Below, in pieces: positions 62,201 to 64,000 of a stretch of 64,000 nucleotides of DNA (the first letter of the stretch is position 1; every line of letters begins with the position of its first letter). A model generated the notes under the pieces. That model was not told where the DNA came from. It was given only the letters and a program-made list of their open reading frames with translations, and did no database searches. The translations under genes and the position numbers were made by a program. This DNA is from Candidatus Omnitrophota bacterium (GTDB lineage Bacteria; Omnitrophota; Gorgyraeia; Zapsychrales; Zapsychraceae), in assembly GCA_029261055.1 (NCBI GenBank), contig JAJDCA010000015.1, positions 19,998 through 83,997 on the forward strand. The letters are read 5' to 3'.

Positions 62201-64000
62201 GGACAACAATAGAAGACTCTGCTCAGTTAGCCAGTATGAGTATCAGCGACATAGATCAAGCAGAGTTGGTTGAGACGGCTAAGAAGATGAAGCGGAATGG
62301 TGGCGATGCTTATGAGATGGCGAAGTTAGATTTGGCAGAGCTGGTGGGGACGATAGTTTATAATTTTATAGAAAGTATCAAGAATGATAAGTTGATGTTT
62401 TTGGTTTATGGTAATGGAACACTGAGGAAGGGAATGAATGAAGTGGCTAAGGTATTGTCAGACGGAGGAATGGAAAAGGATGAGGTTGGTAAAGTTATTA
62501 CAACGGCATTAATGGATCTTGAAACATTGTTGGAATCTAAGAACAGGATATATGAATTGGCAATGCCTGATTTTATTTTGCCGATTATTAAGGCTGTTGT
62601 TAATAAGAAAAAAGCGAATGGAAATCTATTTGATTTTAATGCTTATCAAGGTGCCGTGGAAGATATATTTGATGATTTGAAGGGTTCTTTGTTTATTTCT
62701 TTGAAAAGGGATATTGTTCAGGAAATCGGGAAAAAATCACTAATAATTCGGGATGATATTATTGAGAAAATTAATGAAAGTGAGTCGATAAAGGGCATTA
62801 CCGATGAGGGTGTTTTTGATTTTGATCGGTATTTATTTGAAGTGACTGAAGGAGAAAAGCTTAAAAAAGATGCAATGTTTGGAGACTTGGTAGAAGCCGG
62901 TATGGTAGAAGAGGAAATTATGGATGGGTTCAGACGTATTTTTGGTGTTTCTTCAAAAAATGTGAATAAGCTTTCATCAGTCCAGAGGGAAATAACAACG
63001 ATTTGGTCTGTTATAGAGTTTATGAAGAAAGTATTTGAGGGTCCTGAAACACGAAATGGATTTGATAGCAATTCTATGTATAAAAAAAATACATTCTCCT
63101 TGATTGTCGAGCTTATCGAAAAAGGCCATCTGGATTATACTAATAGTAAAGGATGGAATATCTTGGAAAATAGTATTAAGGATTTGCCATCAGTGACAAG
63201 TTTGATTAGTGATTTTCTAAAGAAAATTGACAGAAATAATGCGTCTATTGAGGATGAGTATGTAACATCAGATTTTATTTTTAAAATACATCAAGTGATT
63301 CAGAAAATGCAGATTGAGACGCGTGAGGTTGAAAGTAGATTTGTTGTAAACGTTATTCGTGGAGAAAAGCATTCTGCTATTGAGAAAACCTTGAATCAGG
63401 TAGCCGAATTCTTGAATACCCCAGGAATTCCGGGGAATTTTCTGAAAAGGGATTTTATTATGCCTATTGTCAATGCCATCGCCAGTAAAGTAGGTGAAGA
63501 TGGAGATAGCCTGTTAAATAACGAATCTCCGAATGAGATATTGCCAAAAGTGTTTGAGAGCCTCTTGGATCAATTTGGAAAACTAAAAAATGAGGATAAG
63601 GTAAACGTATTAAATGCGAACGTGAAATTTATTCGTAGTGATATTTTGAAAGACATTGATAACCTTACTTTAGGGAATTTAGAAGAAAGTTTTTCTTGGA
63701 TAGCATTGAATACTCTTAAAGCAGAGATTAATGCTTTGGTGACATTTGAAAAGAGCCTGTTATGGGATCTATTAAAAGATAATATGAAAGAAAATGAAAT
63801 TAGGGAAACTTCTTGGGAGATACTAAGAACTCTTAGAACATTACCTGGAAAGAGAAATAAAACAACGTTCCAATCTATTTCAGAATTTCTTTGGGATGAG
63901 ATTGGAGCTGCCGAGGGTTTTGGCGGACAAGCCGTAAAGACAGCCTTTTTAAGTATTAAACAAGAGCTGGAAGCCGGAGGTCTGAGTACGACGAAGACGG
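59267..64000 (+). CDS. Giant repeat-containing protein, N-terminal >1,570 codons. It continues beyond the window end.
   Basis: ATG at 59267 with an RBS. The N-terminus (MNIFIKKQRFCLVYRVLSAFIAVAFLTTTIVPAGYAQ) is signal-peptide/TM-like. Internal divergent repeats include NVIVPIIKAVAEK / DFILPIIKAVVNKKKA / DFIMPIVNAIASKVGED / FTIPVIKAIAQKKDS, DLKLAGMTEEEILENYRFI / DLVEAGMVEEEIMDGFRRI, and LRTLPTPKEGEKTTFPFILNFLDKRIGQ / LRTLPGKRNKTTFQSISEFLWDEIG. The frame is open to position 64000. Confidence 0.7.

Noticed and set aside
1-64000. tRNA, rRNA, tmRNA and CRISPR elements.
   Set aside because: Intergenic regions were inspected (13672-14037, 14464-14618, 20968-21293, 27669-27780, 30383-30835, 43277-43683, 52418-52600, 58815-59266). 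None shows cloverleaf-compatible structure with conserved T-loop (GTTC) or D-loop features, or short direct-repeat arrays. I cannot exclude small ncRNAs without folding tools.

Overview
This 64 kb window looks bacterial, with an AT-rich core and an even more AT-rich accessory island. Giant genes occupy both ends. A minus-strand gene of at least 1,945 codons for a secreted coiled-coil repeat protein covers 1..5838 and runs off the window start. A plus-strand gene of more than 1,570 codons for a repeat protein begins at 59267 and runs off the window end. Several giant ORFs in one window is reminiscent of uncultivated lineages such as Omnitrophota; that is an inference only.

The core genome between them carries:
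- an operon of surE, an HD-GYP response regulator and the secreted coiled-coil proteins (8486 down to <1);
- an FTR1-type iron permease;
- a Fur-box-fronted operon of a Com-like zinc-ribbon ORF, a TonB-dependent receptor, exbB, exbD and tonB, next to fur;
- ilvB and ilvN (ilvH);
- a GldG-fused ABC-2 exporter;
- two paralogous secreted fibre-like proteins, the first ending in a phage-type S74 intramolecular-chaperone domain;
- a pterin cassette (folE, an SDR pteridine-reductase-like gene, folB, folK) in one operon with a GAF-HD-GYP protein and a CheY-like receiver;
- a GH15-like hydrolase followed by a GT4/NPP-phosphodiesterase/EEP-phosphatase tri-domain protein;
- housekeeping genes: STAS, an M42 peptidase, cspA, uppP, mscS, rarA, and a membrane-fused spermidine-synthase-like gene.

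The standout feature is a roughly 15.6 kb low-GC Rhs/YD-repeat polymorphic-toxin island (27.7 to 43.3 kb). It contains:
- a 2,903-aa Rhs protein with an FG-GAP-like N-terminus, two FN3, two LamG and two cadherin-like inserts, then a bacterial-intein-like (Hint) domain, the Rhs core, a glycine zipper and a unique C-terminal tip;
- a downstream orphan Rhs C-terminal cassette that starts exactly at the end of the Hint domain, behind an IS3 OrfA remnant;
- two small membrane-protein immunity candidates;
- an intact IS3-family element (OrfA, an A-run slippery site, OrfB) abutting, and probably truncating, the Rhs 5' end;
- a ParDE toxin-antitoxin pair.

Other points worth a second look are a family of purine-arm/pyrimidine-arm intergenic hairpin repeats (at least five copies, some supplying the last codons of upstream genes), twin palindromic operator-like sites, and near-identical 555 bp tandem coding repeats.
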